A stretch of DNA of 55,801 nt. Origin: Bdellovibrionota bacterium FG-2. Lineage in GTDB: Bacteria > Bdellovibrionota > UBA1018. A model generated the notes under the pieces. The model was given only the letters and a program-made list of their open reading frames with translations. It made no database searches and was not told where the DNA came from. Made by a program: the position numbers and the translations under genes. This document shows, piece after piece, positions 29,416 through 38,912 of the stretch (within the stretch, counting starts at the first letter, position 1; the number at the start of each line of letters is the position of its first letter). Location: positions 1 to 55,801 of the forward strand of contig JBBCAV010000216.1 in NCBI GenBank assembly GCA_051382305.1. Reading direction: 5' to 3'.

Positions 29416-30444
29416 ATGACGCTCCTCGTAACCGGCGGCTGTGGATTTATCGGTAGTGGCTTTGTGAAACAAGCGGTGAGTGCCGGCCACAGGGTCGTGG
29501 TCTTGGACGCTCTGACCTACGCTGGCCACAAAGAAAATCTGGAGAACCTCCCGGGACCAGGCAGCTGTGAGCTTGTGGTTGGAAATATTTGTAACCTCTC
29601 GCTCGTCATGGAACTACTCACGTCCCGCAAAATCGACGCCCTTGTTCACTTCGCTGCCGAGTCCCACGTGGATCGATCCATTACCGGCCCGGGTGAGTTT
29701 ATTGAGACTAACATTCGCGGGACGTTTACGCTCCTTAGTGCGGCAGCGGAGTATTGGCAAAAACTTGCTCCCGAAGCCAAGAAGACGTTTCGCTATCTTC
29801 AAGTGTCAACCGATGAAGTCTACGGATCGTTAGGCGCTACTGGCAAGTTTAGTGAAACCATGCCGTATCAACCCAACTCCCCTTACTCAGCTTCTAAAGC
29901 CGCAGGCGATCACCTCGTGCGCGCCTGGCATCACACGTATGGTTTGCCTACCCTCACTACGAATTGCTCCAACAACTACGGGCCCAGGCAGTTTCCTGAG
30001 AAACTGATTCCCACCATGATCACCTGTGCCTTAAACGGCAAGGCCCTGCCCGTGTACGGAGACGGCGGCAACATTCGCGACTGGATTCACGTCGAAGATC
30101 ATTGTTCGGGAGTTTTCTTGGCTCTTGAAAAAGGGGCACCGGGCGCCACTTATTGCTTTGGCGGAAACGCAGAACGCAACAATCTCGATGTCGTGCGCGC
30201 CATCTGTAAAGAGCTTGATCAGCATCGTCCCAGGAAAGACGGCAAACCCCATGACTCCGCGATTGCTTTCGTCACGGACCGATTGGGGCATGATCGCAGG
30301 TATGCCATTGATGATTCGCTCGCGGTGCGAGAACTTGGGTTTAAACGGCGATTTAATTTCGAGCAGGGTTTGGCGGATACTGTGAAGTGGTATTTGGAAA
30401 ACACGGCTTGGTCCAATGCGGTGCTAAAGAAGGAGCATAGTTAA
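29416..30444 (+). CDS. rfbB: dTDP-glucose 4,6-dehydratase
   Basis: VTGGCGFIG, AAESHVDRSI, STDEVYG, YSASK, GHDRRYAID. Confidence 0.96.
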   Translation: MTLLVTGGCGFIGSGFVKQAVSAGHRVVVLDALTYAGHKENLENLPGPGSCELVVGNICNLSLVMELLTSRKIDALVHFAAESHVDRSITGPGEFIETNIRGTFTLLSAAAEYWQKLAPEAKKTFRYLQVSTDEVYGSLGATGKFSETMPYQPNSPYSASKAAGDHLVRAWHHTYGLPTLTTNCSNNYGPRQFPEKLIPTMITCALNGKALPVYGDGGNIRDWIHVEDHCSGVFLALEKGAPGATYCFGGNAERNNLDVVRAICKELDQHRPRKDGKPHDSAIAFVTDRLGHDRRYAIDDSLAVRELGFKRRFNFEQGLADTVKWYLENTAWSNAVLKKEHS

Positions 30445-31332
30445 ATGAAGGGCATCATTTTAGCCGGCGGAAGCGGCACGAGACTTTACCCACTCACTCA
30501 ATGCATCAGTAAACAGTTGTTGCCCGTATATGACAAGCCCACGATCTATTACCCGCTCTCCACGCTCATGCTCGCAGGAATTCGCGAAGTCCTCATCATC
30601 AGCACTCCTCGCGATCTCCCCATGATTCAATCGCTCTTGGGCGATGGCAGCCAAATAGGGATGAAGCTTGTGTACAAAGAACAACCCAAGCCCGAAGGAA
30701 TCGCGCAAGCCTTCATTATTGGCGCAGACTTCGTTGGCCGCAGCCCCGTTTGCTTGATTTTGGGCGATAATATTTTCTACGGACACGATCTCGTCAGAGA
30801 TCTGGAAAAAGCCGCAAAAATTCAAGACGGCGCCACCCTTTTTGCCTACCACGTCACCGACCCTGAACGTTACGGCGTCGTTGAATTTGACCGCGAAGGA
30901 CGGGCACTCTCCATCGAAGAAAAACCCAAGAAGCCACGCTCGCAGTGGGCGGTGACAGGGTTATATTTTTACGATTCCAATTGTATTGATGTCGCACGCT
31001 CCCTCAAACCCTCCGCTCGCGGCGAGCTCGAAATCACGGATCTCAATCTCGCTTACCTCAAACGCGGAAACGTGCGCGTTCAAAAAATGGGACGCGGAGT
31101 AGCCTGGCTCGATAGCGGAACTTACGATTCATTGCTCTCGGCCTCCCAGTTTGTGCAGACGTTGGAACTACGACAAGGACTTAAAGTGGCTTGCATCGAA
31201 GAGATCGCCTACCACAGAGGTTTTATCGACGCAAAACAGCTTGAAAAGCTCGCTGAAATCCATTCAAAAAGCCCCTACGGCGCGTATTTACTCAAAGTAC
31301 TGGCGGAGAAACCTTGGGACCAAATTCTTTAG
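30445..31332 (+). CDS. rfbA: Glucose-1-phosphate thymidylyltransferase
   Basis: [36 protein letters not shown]. Confidence 0.97.
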   Translation: MKGIILAGGSGTRLYPLTQCISKQLLPVYDKPTIYYPLSTLMLAGIREVLIISTPRDLPMIQSLLGDGSQIGMKLVYKEQPKPEGIAQAFIIGADFVGRSPVCLILGDNIFYGHDLVRDLEKAAKIQDGATLFAYHVTDPERYGVVEFDREGRALSIEEKPKKPRSQWAVTGLYFYDSNCIDVARSLKPSARGELEITDLNLAYLKRGNVRVQKMGRGVAWLDSGTYDSLLSASQFVQTLELRQGLKVACIEEIAYHRGFIDAKQLEKLAEIHSKSPYGAYLLKVLAEKPWDQIL

Positions 31333-32237
31333 ACCGTACTTTAGTTTTTGGCACTTCAGGCCAAGTGGGCAGCGCGCTGCTGGGCTGTCTTGGAGAGCAA
31401 GGCATTGGCATTGACGAGAAGACGGGGGATTTTCTAAATCCCGCATCTCTGGTGGCCATTTTAGATTCCCAGTGGAAAGCTCACGGCTTTACCCAAGTCA
31501 TCAACGCTGCGGCCTACACGGCCGTTGATTTAGCCGAAAAAGAAGAAGACAAAGCTCGCCTCATCAACGCCGTCGCGCCCGGCGTGATCGCGCAGTGGTG
31601 CGCTGAGCACGGAGTTCCGTTTGTGCACTATTCGACCGACTACGTATTTGAAGGTTCAGGGGTAACGCCTTGGCGGGAATCAGATCCCACAGGTCCCTTG
31701 AGTGCCTATGGTCGCACGAAACTCGAGGGCGAGCAAAGAGTTCAAGAAGCAGTGAGCAAGGCAGGGGGGAAATTCCTCATTTTTAGGACCTCTTGGGTTT
31801 ACGATGCTTTTGGAAAAAACTTTTTTCGCACAATGGTGAAGCTTGCCAAGGAAAAATCTGAGCTTCGTATTGTCGCCGACCAATGGGGCGCCCCGACTTA
31901 TGCCCCTCATTTGGCTCGCGCGACGCTGACCGCTCTTTCCAACGCTGATGCGTGCGCCCAGTTCCCTTCGGGGATTTATCACCTCTGCAACCAAGGCTCT
32001 ACAAACTGGTTTGAATTTGCGAAAGCGATTTTCGCAACTGCGAGACAAAAGGGCGAGCCCCTGGCCCTTGAGCGCGTACTGCCTCTTAAGACTTGTGAGT
32101 ACCCGACTCCCGCAAAACGACCCTTAAACTCAAGACTAGATCTGACAAAGGCACGCGAAAAATTGGGTCTTACACTTCCCTCTTGGCAAACAGGCCTTGA
32201 AGAGTGTTGTAATACCTTCTGGAGAACTCCCACATGA
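31314..32237 (+). CDS. rfbD: dTDP-4-dehydrorhamnose reductase
   Basis: [39 protein letters not shown]. Confidence 0.93.
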   Translation: MGPNSLDRTLVFGTSGQVGSALLGCLGEQGIGIDEKTGDFLNPASLVAILDSQWKAHGFTQVINAAAYTAVDLAEKEEDKARLINAVAPGVIAQWCAEHGVPFVHYSTDYVFEGSGVTPWRESDPTGPLSAYGRTKLEGEQRVQEAVSKAGGKFLIFRTSWVYDAFGKNFFRTMVKLAKEKSELRIVADQWGAPTYAPHLARATLTALSNADACAQFPSGIYHLCNQGSTNWFEFAKAIFATARQKGEPLALERVLPLKTCEYPTPAKRPLNSRLDLTKAREKLGLTLPSWQTGLEECCNTFWRTPT

Positions 32238-32782
32238 AAGTTACCGATCTCCCACTCAAAGGACTCAAACTCGTTGAACTCAAAGTCCATGGAGATTCAC
32301 GCGGTTTTTTTGTTGAGCGTTTCAACTCCAAACTTTTTGAAGAAGGGGGACTCCCCACCCACTTCGCGCAAGATAACCACTCCCGCTCCGCGCCCGGCGT
32401 TTTGCGCGGAGTTCATTTCCAATTCGATCCGCCGCAAGGAAAACTTGTCGGTTGTGTTTGCGGCACCATTTGGGATGTGGCGGTTGACCTTCGCGCAGCC
32501 TCTCCAACCTTTGGGCAGCACTATAGCGTAGAGCTCAGCGACACCAACGGACGGATTCTATGGATTCCCGCAGGATTTGGTCATGGGTTTTGCGTGACGG
32601 GTGATGGGGTTGCGGACGTGTACTACAAAGTCGATCACCTTTATAACCCCAAAGGTGAAGTAGGAATCAGTTGGGATGACCCTGAACTCGCACTCCCGTG
32701 GCCCTTGAAAAATCCCGCCGTATCTGCGAGAGACGCGGCTCTGATGTCGTTTGCCGATTATAAGAAGAAGCCCGTATTTTAG
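32234..32782 (+). CDS. rfbC: dTDP-4-dehydrorhamnose 3,5-epimerase
   Basis: GDSRGFF, QDNHSRS..GVLRGVH, QGKLV, GFGHGF. Confidence 0.96.
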   Translation: MKVTDLPLKGLKLVELKVHGDSRGFFVERFNSKLFEEGGLPTHFAQDNHSRSAPGVLRGVHFQFDPPQGKLVGCVCGTIWDVAVDLRAASPTFGQHYSVELSDTNGRILWIPAGFGHGFCVTGDGVADVYYKVDHLYNPKGEVGISWDDPELALPWPLKNPAVSARDAALMSFADYKKKPVF

Positions 32783-32803
32783 GCCCGGACTTGCCGCAGG
32801 ATC

Positions 32804-33685
32804 TCACATGAGTTGCCAGCTCAGAGTCACGCCAAAAGAGGTCGTATCGAGGCCAATTTTAGCAAAAGGATACAGGTGGAGATAGGGGTTCAGGACCAAG
32901 GTAGGGGTCACCGACCAATTCACCCCCGGCTCTAGATCCGTGCCGGCATTTTCTGAGGAAAACCCCGACTCGCCGACCATATGTGAGGCCGCCATCTCAA
33001 AAAGAAGATTAAACGCGATATTATGCTTTAATTGATAATAAACTAACGGTGCGAAATAGAGTTCAACATCCTCGCCATACCCGTGAGAGCCATAAAAATT
33101 CACGCGAGCCGACCCATTTGCCGCAATGGTGAAACGGCCTCCTTGAATATTATAGCCCAACGTGTGGTAGGTCTGAACCCCCGTAATCCGATCCTGGACC
33201 CGAGAAAGTTGTGAAACGCCAAAATGCACCCGCATATCGCCATAATGATAAAACAAATCCGAATCTCCGAAATTCAAAGTGTGAGATGCGATCAAGAAGG
33301 GGTCGCGCGGCTGAAATTCCTCTCCGGCCAGGGGTTTACAGGTCCAATACACTGTCCCACTCACCGCAAAATCATCGGGCAACGCGCGGGCAACGCTCAT
33401 GAAGTTACGATAGACAACGGGGCGATCAGGGTGGAGCCCCCCCTCAGCCGCTGGTTGGAAATTGGAAAACTGGGTAATGCCCGGGCCTTCGAAAATTCCA
33501 AAATAGTTTATTGCGTAGGGATTATTTTTTTCGCTTTTTTCCGAAAATTCGGGTGGTACGCCCCCCACAAACGCAGAGAGTTCCTCTGGCGATGGGCCTG
33601 CGACATCCGCAGCACTACAATAGCCCGAGAATGCGAAGAGGCAGGGAATCAAGAACCGTCGAATTTGAATCTGATGTGTTTCCAT
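32804..33685 (-). CDS. Secreted hypothetical protein, probable outer-membrane beta-barrel
   Basis: Signal-like N-terminus; amphipathic beta-strand pattern ending FGVTLSWQLM. Confidence 0.55.
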   Translation of the reverse strand: METHQIQIRRFLIPCLFAFSGYCSAADVAGPSPEELSAFVGGVPPEFSEKSEKNNPYAINYFGIFEGPGITQFSNFQPAAEGGLHPDRPVVYRNFMSVARALPDDFAVSGTVYWTCKPLAGEEFQPRDPFLIASHTLNFGDSDLFYHYGDMRVHFGVSQLSRVQDRITGVQTYHTLGYNIQGGRFTIAANGSARVNFYGSHGYGEDVELYFAPLVYYQLKHNIAFNLLFEMAASHMVGESGFSSENAGTDLEPGVNWSVTPTLVLNPYLHLYPFAKIGLDTTSFGVTLSWQLM

Positions 33686-33700
33686 TCTCGGTAAGAACCA

Positions 33701-33716
33701 AGCAAGTGTTCTGCCA
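33701..33716 (-). promoter_or_regulatory. Sigma54 (-24/-12) promoter of the beta-barrel gene
   Basis: TGGCAGA-ACAC-TTGCT with exact spacing, 15 nt upstream of ATG. Confidence 0.6.
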
Positions 33717-33822
33717 GCGAGTGTGCATGACTGTGCGCGTCACGAATTTGGGATGTGATTTGGCGATGACACGAATGAATTTCTGTCTTGGCGTTCTAGA
33801 AAATCGCGTTACAATGATTACA

Positions 33823-34485
33823 ATGGCAAAGGATTCGTTCAAACCTCCCCCAAAGCCCTCAAATCTTGACGACGCGTCTAGTTTGCCGACAGGCGGAGCC
33901 GAAGGTGACCCCTCTGACACGTTGTTTGAGGCACTTCAAGCAGCTAAAGATCGAAAAGCTCGATTTCAGGCGCAAAATCTCGACCTTCCCGTTGAAGAAG
34001 AAACTCAAACGCAGAGCTCTCGATGGCTAGCCCCTCATACCTGGATTGCAATTGGGGGCGTGCTCGCCATTGGAATTCTCATTGGAGGGATGCTCCAAAC
34101 CCTTAACCAAAAATCGCCCGGCAAGGTGAGCCAAGATGAACCACGCTCGCATTTTGCGACGATCAATACGTTGCCAAGCCCCAGCGCTCCCCCCTCAGGC
34201 ACGGGCAACGGAAACGCCTCTGGCGATTCAAGAATTAAGGCGATCAAGCCAAGACTTAATTTTCAGAATCCCTCAAAAAATGCCGCGGTCATGCCAAAAC
34301 CCCAAGAGCCGCCTCGGAACGATCACCCAGAGAACAGACCCGAGCACCAGGATCGTCAAGATAACATTCCGGATCAAGATCGTAATCCGCCCTTCGACAA
34401 TCCGCCGCCTCCCGAGAACCACGATTCTCCCGCAGCTGAGGGATATAATGATGGGCCGATGAATGTGAAAGAAGGCGGGGAGTAA
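33823..34485 (+). CDS. Hypothetical single-TM protein with Pro-rich disordered tail
   Basis: TM WIAIGGVLAIGILIGGML; low-complexity tail; TACAAT-N7-ATG suggests start 33823. Confidence 0.6.
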   Translation: MAKDSFKPPPKPSNLDDASSLPTGGAEGDPSDTLFEALQAAKDRKARFQAQNLDLPVEEETQTQSSRWLAPHTWIAIGGVLAIGILIGGMLQTLNQKSPGKVSQDEPRSHFATINTLPSPSAPPSGTGNGNASGDSRIKAIKPRLNFQNPSKNAAVMPKPQEPPRNDHPENRPEHQDRQDNIPDQDRNPPFDNPPPPENHDSPAAEGYNDGPMNVKEGGE

Positions 34486-34495
34486 GGCAGGAAAC

Positions 34496-35377
34496 TTAGT
34501 AAACGAATCGAGTCTCCGGCCCCTCGTGCCAGCCGATGAAGTTGTGACAGAGGGCTCTCCAAAGAAAATAATCAGGACTTTTTGTGTTATATTGTTTCAA
34601 AAGTCTAAGTTGCGGAGAAGGCCAATCGACGCATCTCGCGCTTTCAATTTGCCGTAACGCTTTGTCCTTATCTCGTCCAAAATGAAGAATCCTCTGATCG
34701 ATAACCGATAACGCGGGTGCATTTTCCTCACTCCGATTTAAAAGATGCTTATAAATCATCGCGTGTCGCCAAGCCTCAACTAGACCATGTTGCCAAATAT
34801 CAGCATTTGCGTGAGCAACTCTCGAACCTGGAAAAATTCCGCCATCCTTAATCCCAAGAACAATTCCTATTGAGAGATCGATCTTTCCCAGTCGGGACAT
34901 CGTAGGATCGAGGAAAACAAAATCTCGTCTCAAGAACTGCACTTCGTCAAAATAATTATGAAAATATCGAGCATAGGGATCAAGGGCGCTAGACTCGACT
35001 GAAACTCTCTGTATCGAAAATCCAAAGTCAATCCACTGCGACCAACTCCATCTTTCAATTGCCTCAAAAATGGCACGAAACATGGTCTTTTCCGCATCGA
35101 ATCCCGCAGCACATCCACAAGTCGATGGAAACTCCGGAATCAAAAACTCGTTCACCTCCTCGGTCCCTTGAATCTGCGCAAAAAGCGCCCGTTCGATACA
35201 CTCGGCTACGGCAACTCGCCTTGAAACGGCTGTTGTTGCCCCACATCCTCCACCGTATGCCGCCCCGTTTTGGAGGAAAATTGTAGAATGATACCCAATC
35301 ACATTTTGGAGATCACCAATGAGCAGGTCCTCCATACGTCCAAGGTTAGGAATCAGGTCTTTAAGTAGAGTTAGCAT
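34496..35377 (-). CDS. Minimal YcaO-like protein
   Basis: ATP/Mg-binding-like motifs GGGCG...AVAECIER and STCGCAAG...AIFEAIERW, later GLVEAW; ATG 7 nt after the SBP stop. Confidence 0.75.
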   Translation of the reverse strand: MLTLLKDLIPNLGRMEDLLIGDLQNVIGYHSTIFLQNGAAYGGGCGATTAVSRRVAVAECIERALFAQIQGTEEVNEFLIPEFPSTCGCAAGFDAEKTMFRAIFEAIERWSWSQWIDFGFSIQRVSVESSALDPYARYFHNYFDEVQFLRRDFVFLDPTMSRLGKIDLSIGIVLGIKDGGIFPGSRVAHANADIWQHGLVEAWRHAMIYKHLLNRSEENAPALSVIDQRILHFGRDKDKALRQIESARCVDWPSPQLRLLKQYNTKSPDYFLWRALCHNFIGWHEGPETRFVY

Positions 35378-35384
35378 CAACAAC

Positions 35385-36929
35385 TCAATTCAGATTGAGC
35401 AAATCAAAACGCGGCATATTCATGGTTGGTGAAAATTCCTGTAATCCCACATCCTTCGTGAACAACCACGTCAGCCCTGAGTGCCACAATGGGATGACCG
35501 TCAAGTCTTGGTTAAGGATATTATTAAATTCCACTGCGTATTGGGAATCTACGGTCAGTCGTCCCTCATAGCGCTTCGTAAGTGCACAGAGTTTCCCAGT
35601 GTGATCAGGAAAACCAATGCCAAGATTAGAACAGAACATCATCTTGATTCCCCAGTTTTCAATATTTCCCCCAATATCAACGCGAGCAATGCGAATGTCG
35701 TAGGAGCGGTTAGAACGAGCAAGCTGAAACCAGCCCTCTTTCGTCCGATCTTCCCTCATAAACTCGAGCTTGACCGATGATCCCATAAATATGGCGTTCA
35801 CGAGATCCTTGACGTATTGAGCTTCATCTTCGGTCAGCGTACTGGAGACACAAATTTTAATGGGATTATGGCCCGTCAATTTAAAGGACGTAAAATGGGA
35901 GTCATTTTGATCTACTTTAGTGTGACTGGCGGGGTAAAAAAACTCCGACAGAACTGCTCCCGGGGAATCAAGCGATAGCTGCTTTTGAGCAATTCTTAGT
36001 TTCGTGGCGAACAGTCGGCGGTTTTCGAGGTCATGAAAAAGTCCGCTAATATACGGCGAAAGTACTATGGAATTGAGAATGGTAGGAGTCGCTCGAACCA
36101 CCCGCAGATTCTCGGGAACCCGGTCACGGGCAGAAAGTTTCTTGAAAACAATTGAATGACTTAGGTCGCTCAAAGAAACATCGCCCTTACTTTGTTGGAC
36201 GTGTACCTTTTCGGGGCTCTTTGGTGTCGTTGAAAACCATCCCTGCCTCTTTGAGAGGAAGACTTCGCCTTCGTTCGCGAGGTCTACTCGATAGGCCCCC
36301 GATGCGATGATTGCGTGCGAATTCTTCCATGAATTGTCTAAAGCAAAATCTTTAACGTTATAATATCCGTAATAGGGCATCGCCAGATATTCTAGGAAAC
36401 CATCGGGCTTTGTTTTGAACCTAAATTGAACGCGTTGAGGCTGAGATTTCTCTCCTCCAACGACTCCGAAAACCTTCAGGTCGCCAGACTTAATAAATTC
36501 ATCCCATCCTTCAAGATTCTCAAATACCGGCAAATGTGGGTCAGTTTTAGCAAGAAACCGCAAAACTTTGGCCAATCCTGCGACATAGCTCTCTGAATTA
36601 ATGTCCTGACTGGCATCATCTTTTAGGCCAAGGCGAAGAAAAAACTCCCAAATGCGCCCATCCTCCGAGACATCCCAACGCTCAGCAAGGTAGGGCTCAT
36701 ACCGACCGCCATCATTATACTTCACAAGCGTACCCACCACTTGCTCCATGACGGTCAAATTGCTTAAAGCATCGCTGTCATAGGGCGACACGGAAAACTT
36801 CGTAGGCTCTCCGACAATCAGATATCTCAGGGACATACTTCTACTGAGACACCCGCAGGGAAACATTACGAGGAGCAATATAGCCAACTGGAGAAACCGA
36901 ATCGATCGGCACCTGAATACTGATCCCAT
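35385..36929 (-). CDS. Family-5 (peptide/nickel) ABC substrate-binding protein, orphan
   Basis: GTLVKY..GRYEPYLAERWDVSEDGRIWEFFLR, IASGAYRV, VIPLWH; start 36929 (lipoprotein-like signal) or 36836. Confidence 0.8.
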   Translation of the reverse strand: MGSVFRCRSIRFLQLAILLLVMFPCGCLSRSMSLRYLIVGEPTKFSVSPYDSDALSNLTVMEQVVGTLVKYNDGGRYEPYLAERWDVSEDGRIWEFFLRLGLKDDASQDINSESYVAGLAKVLRFLAKTDPHLPVFENLEGWDEFIKSGDLKVFGVVGGEKSQPQRVQFRFKTKPDGFLEYLAMPYYGYYNVKDFALDNSWKNSHAIIASGAYRVDLANEGEVFLSKRQGWFSTTPKSPEKVHVQQSKGDVSLSDLSHSIVFKKLSARDRVPENLRVVRATPTILNSIVLSPYISGLFHDLENRRLFATKLRIAQKQLSLDSPGAVLSEFFYPASHTKVDQNDSHFTSFKLTGHNPIKICVSSTLTEDEAQYVKDLVNAIFMGSSVKLEFMREDRTKEGWFQLARSNRSYDIRIARVDIGGNIENWGIKMMFCSNLGIGFPDHTGKLCALTKRYEGRLTVDSQYAVEFNNILNQDLTVIPLWHSGLTWLFTKDVGLQEFSPTMNMPRFDLLNLN

Positions 36930-37160
36930 CCAAGGTGGTAAGATCAATTGTTCTATTTTCTTCGTGAACAAGAGCCAAAAACTGATCAGCATTTTGAACA
37001 TCAATCCCTACATTTCTAAACTCATTCAAAAGAGCTTCAAATATATGCCCGTTTCAGCCGCATTGTCCTGCGCCACTACAAACGGGCTCCCGTATGCAGT
37101 ATTTGCCAGAACAATTGACGTCGCCACTACCGATGTCACCAAGTCGCCCATTTTTTTCAT
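36841..37160 (-). CDS. Small secreted peptide/precursor; 44-aa ORF 37026-37160, or ~106 aa if a 1-nt frameshift near 37053 is repaired
   Basis: GGAG SD then MKKMGDLVTSVVATSIVLANTAYG|SPFVVAQDNAAE; adjacent frame continues NGHIFEALLNEFRNVGIDVQ...VSLRVSQ*. Confidence 0.55.
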
Positions 37161-37196
37161 AGAATTTTGTCTCCGCCGCGGGTATACACTACGCCA

Positions 37197-38912
37197 ATGA
37201 TGCGTTGCAACATAAAAATACAGATTTCACACATCCTCAAAATGGCCGGACTATTGACCGCCGCCCTTCTGTTCCTTCAGGGATTATTCTTTTTCATTCA
37301 AAAAACACAAGCTATTGATCTAACGAAAAGCATCGAAGGTATCCTTAGAAACGACGCGAATATGAGGGAGCCCTATCGAATCGCCCAGAGCCTTGGCGAC
37401 CTAGAGTCATTAGGCTTATTCAGATGTTCAGTTTTCAAAAACCATCGCCAACAAACCGTTTTTCAAGACCTGAGTTTTAAACACAAAGAGTCTGATTGTG
37501 AGCCAAGTTTTTGGTTTCTCGATGGGGTTCGAGTCAATACGACGGCGCTTGCGATCAATGGTCAGACCTGGAACATCACCTTTGCGACGAATAATCCGAA
37601 GTCATTTTACCTATACCTCTGGATCGCCCGGATTTTTGTTGTCGGAATTTTTGTCTTAGCGTTAATCATCGTTCGATTCTACATCCGAACAAGAATGATT
37701 GAAGCAGACCTCAAACAACGACACTTTCAAGCCTTGGGCCACCTCGCCGCCCAAGTCTCCCACGATATTCGATCCCCGCTCGCCACTCTTTTGGCCGTTA
37801 TTCACTCCTCCCAAGGCCTCGATGCAACCTCCCGCAATCAAATTAATAACGCCGTAACCCGCATCAGCGATATTGCAAACAACCTCCTCTCGACGAATCG
37901 CGCACAGAAACTCAATGCGACGAATTCCCAATTGTCCGCCGAATCTTCCAGCGTCATGGTTTCGAGTGAGCCGCGCTCGGTGGAACTTATATCGACGCTT
38001 ATCGAGTCAGCGGTTTCTGAAAAGAGACTTCAACTCCGGGGCCAAAACACAGTAGAGCTTGTAGAGAGTATTTCCGCCACCCCAGAGGCAGGGCAGGCAT
38101 TCGTTGAAATTCAGCCGACAGAATTTTCCAGGATCCTCTCCAATCTCATCAACAACGCAGTCGAAGCAATACATGGTACCGGAAAAGTCGTCGTTCATAT
38201 GTCAGCCAACGATGGTCGCGTGTTCCTAATCATCGAAGATACTGGAAAAGGAATTCCACCAGATCTTCTCTCAAAAGTCCTTGAGCATGGTGGAACGTTC
38301 GGAAAAGAGAATGGCAATGGTTTGGGTCTTTTCCACGCAAAGACGACTCTCGAGCTTTGGGGTGGAGCACTCACACTTGAATCAACGCTTGGCATTGGGA
38401 CAAAAGTTAAACTTGAGATCCCCCGTGCACATTCTCCCTCTTGGTTTGTAGATCATCTGTCACTATATACCCCCGCTTCGGTCATTATTCTTGATGACGA
38501 CCCCAGTATCCACACATTATGGAGTGCTCGATTTGAGACCTATTCAACTGGAGTGACCTTGCATCATCTTACTTCATCAGCGGAGATGCTAGCTTGGTAC
38601 CGCAAGAGCTTAGGATCGGTGATCAACCCCCTCTACCTTTGTGATCATGACCTCAGCGGCTCAAATCAAAATGGACTTGATATCATCGATATGCTGGGGA
38701 TCGCCTCCGAATCCATCCTAGTCACCCATCGTGCGGACCAACCGGAGCTTCGCGAGAAGTGCTCAAAAATGGGCATTAGGTTAATGTCGAAAACCTTCGT
38801 GCCTACGATTGGCTTAAGCCCTACCTCAACCCCGGCACATACCTCTTCATTGTATTGCTCCCAATCTTTTGAATCGCCTCCCATGAATTGTGGCACGAAC
38901 ATAAAATTCTAA
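37197..38912 (+). CDS. Membrane hybrid sensor histidine kinase with C-terminal receiver-like domain
   Basis: Two TMs around a periplasmic domain; QVSHDIRSPL, NLINNAVEA, DTGKGIP, GNGLGL; LDDDPSIH...LCDHDL; start 37197 or 37242. Confidence 0.88.
   Translation: MMRCNIKIQISHILKMAGLLTAALLFLQGLFFFIQKTQAIDLTKSIEGILRNDANMREPYRIAQSLGDLESLGLFRCSVFKNHRQQTVFQDLSFKHKESDCEPSFWFLDGVRVNTTALAINGQTWNITFATNNPKSFYLYLWIARIFVVGIFVLALIIVRFYIRTRMIEADLKQRHFQALGHLAAQVSHDIRSPLATLLAVIHSSQGLDATSRNQINNAVTRISDIANNLLSTNRAQKLNATNSQLSAESSSVMVSSEPRSVELISTLIESAVSEKRLQLRGQNTVELVESISATPEAGQAFVEIQPTEFSRILSNLINNAVEAIHGTGKVVVHMSANDGRVFLIIEDTGKGIPPDLLSKVLEHGGTFGKENGNGLGLFHAKTTLELWGGALTLESTLGIGTKVKLEIPRAHSPSWFVDHLSLYTPASVIILDDDPSIHTLWSARFETYSTGVTLHHLTSSAEMLAWYRKSLGSVINPLYLCDHDLSGSNQNGLDIIDMLGIASESILVTHRADQPELREKCSKMGIRLMSKTFVPTIGLSPTSTPAHTSSLYCSQSFESPPMNCGTNIKF

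Noticed and set aside
33511-33822. N-terminal extension of the 324-aa ORF
   Set aside because: Overlaps the opposite-strand gene and its sigma54 site; a better start exists at 33823
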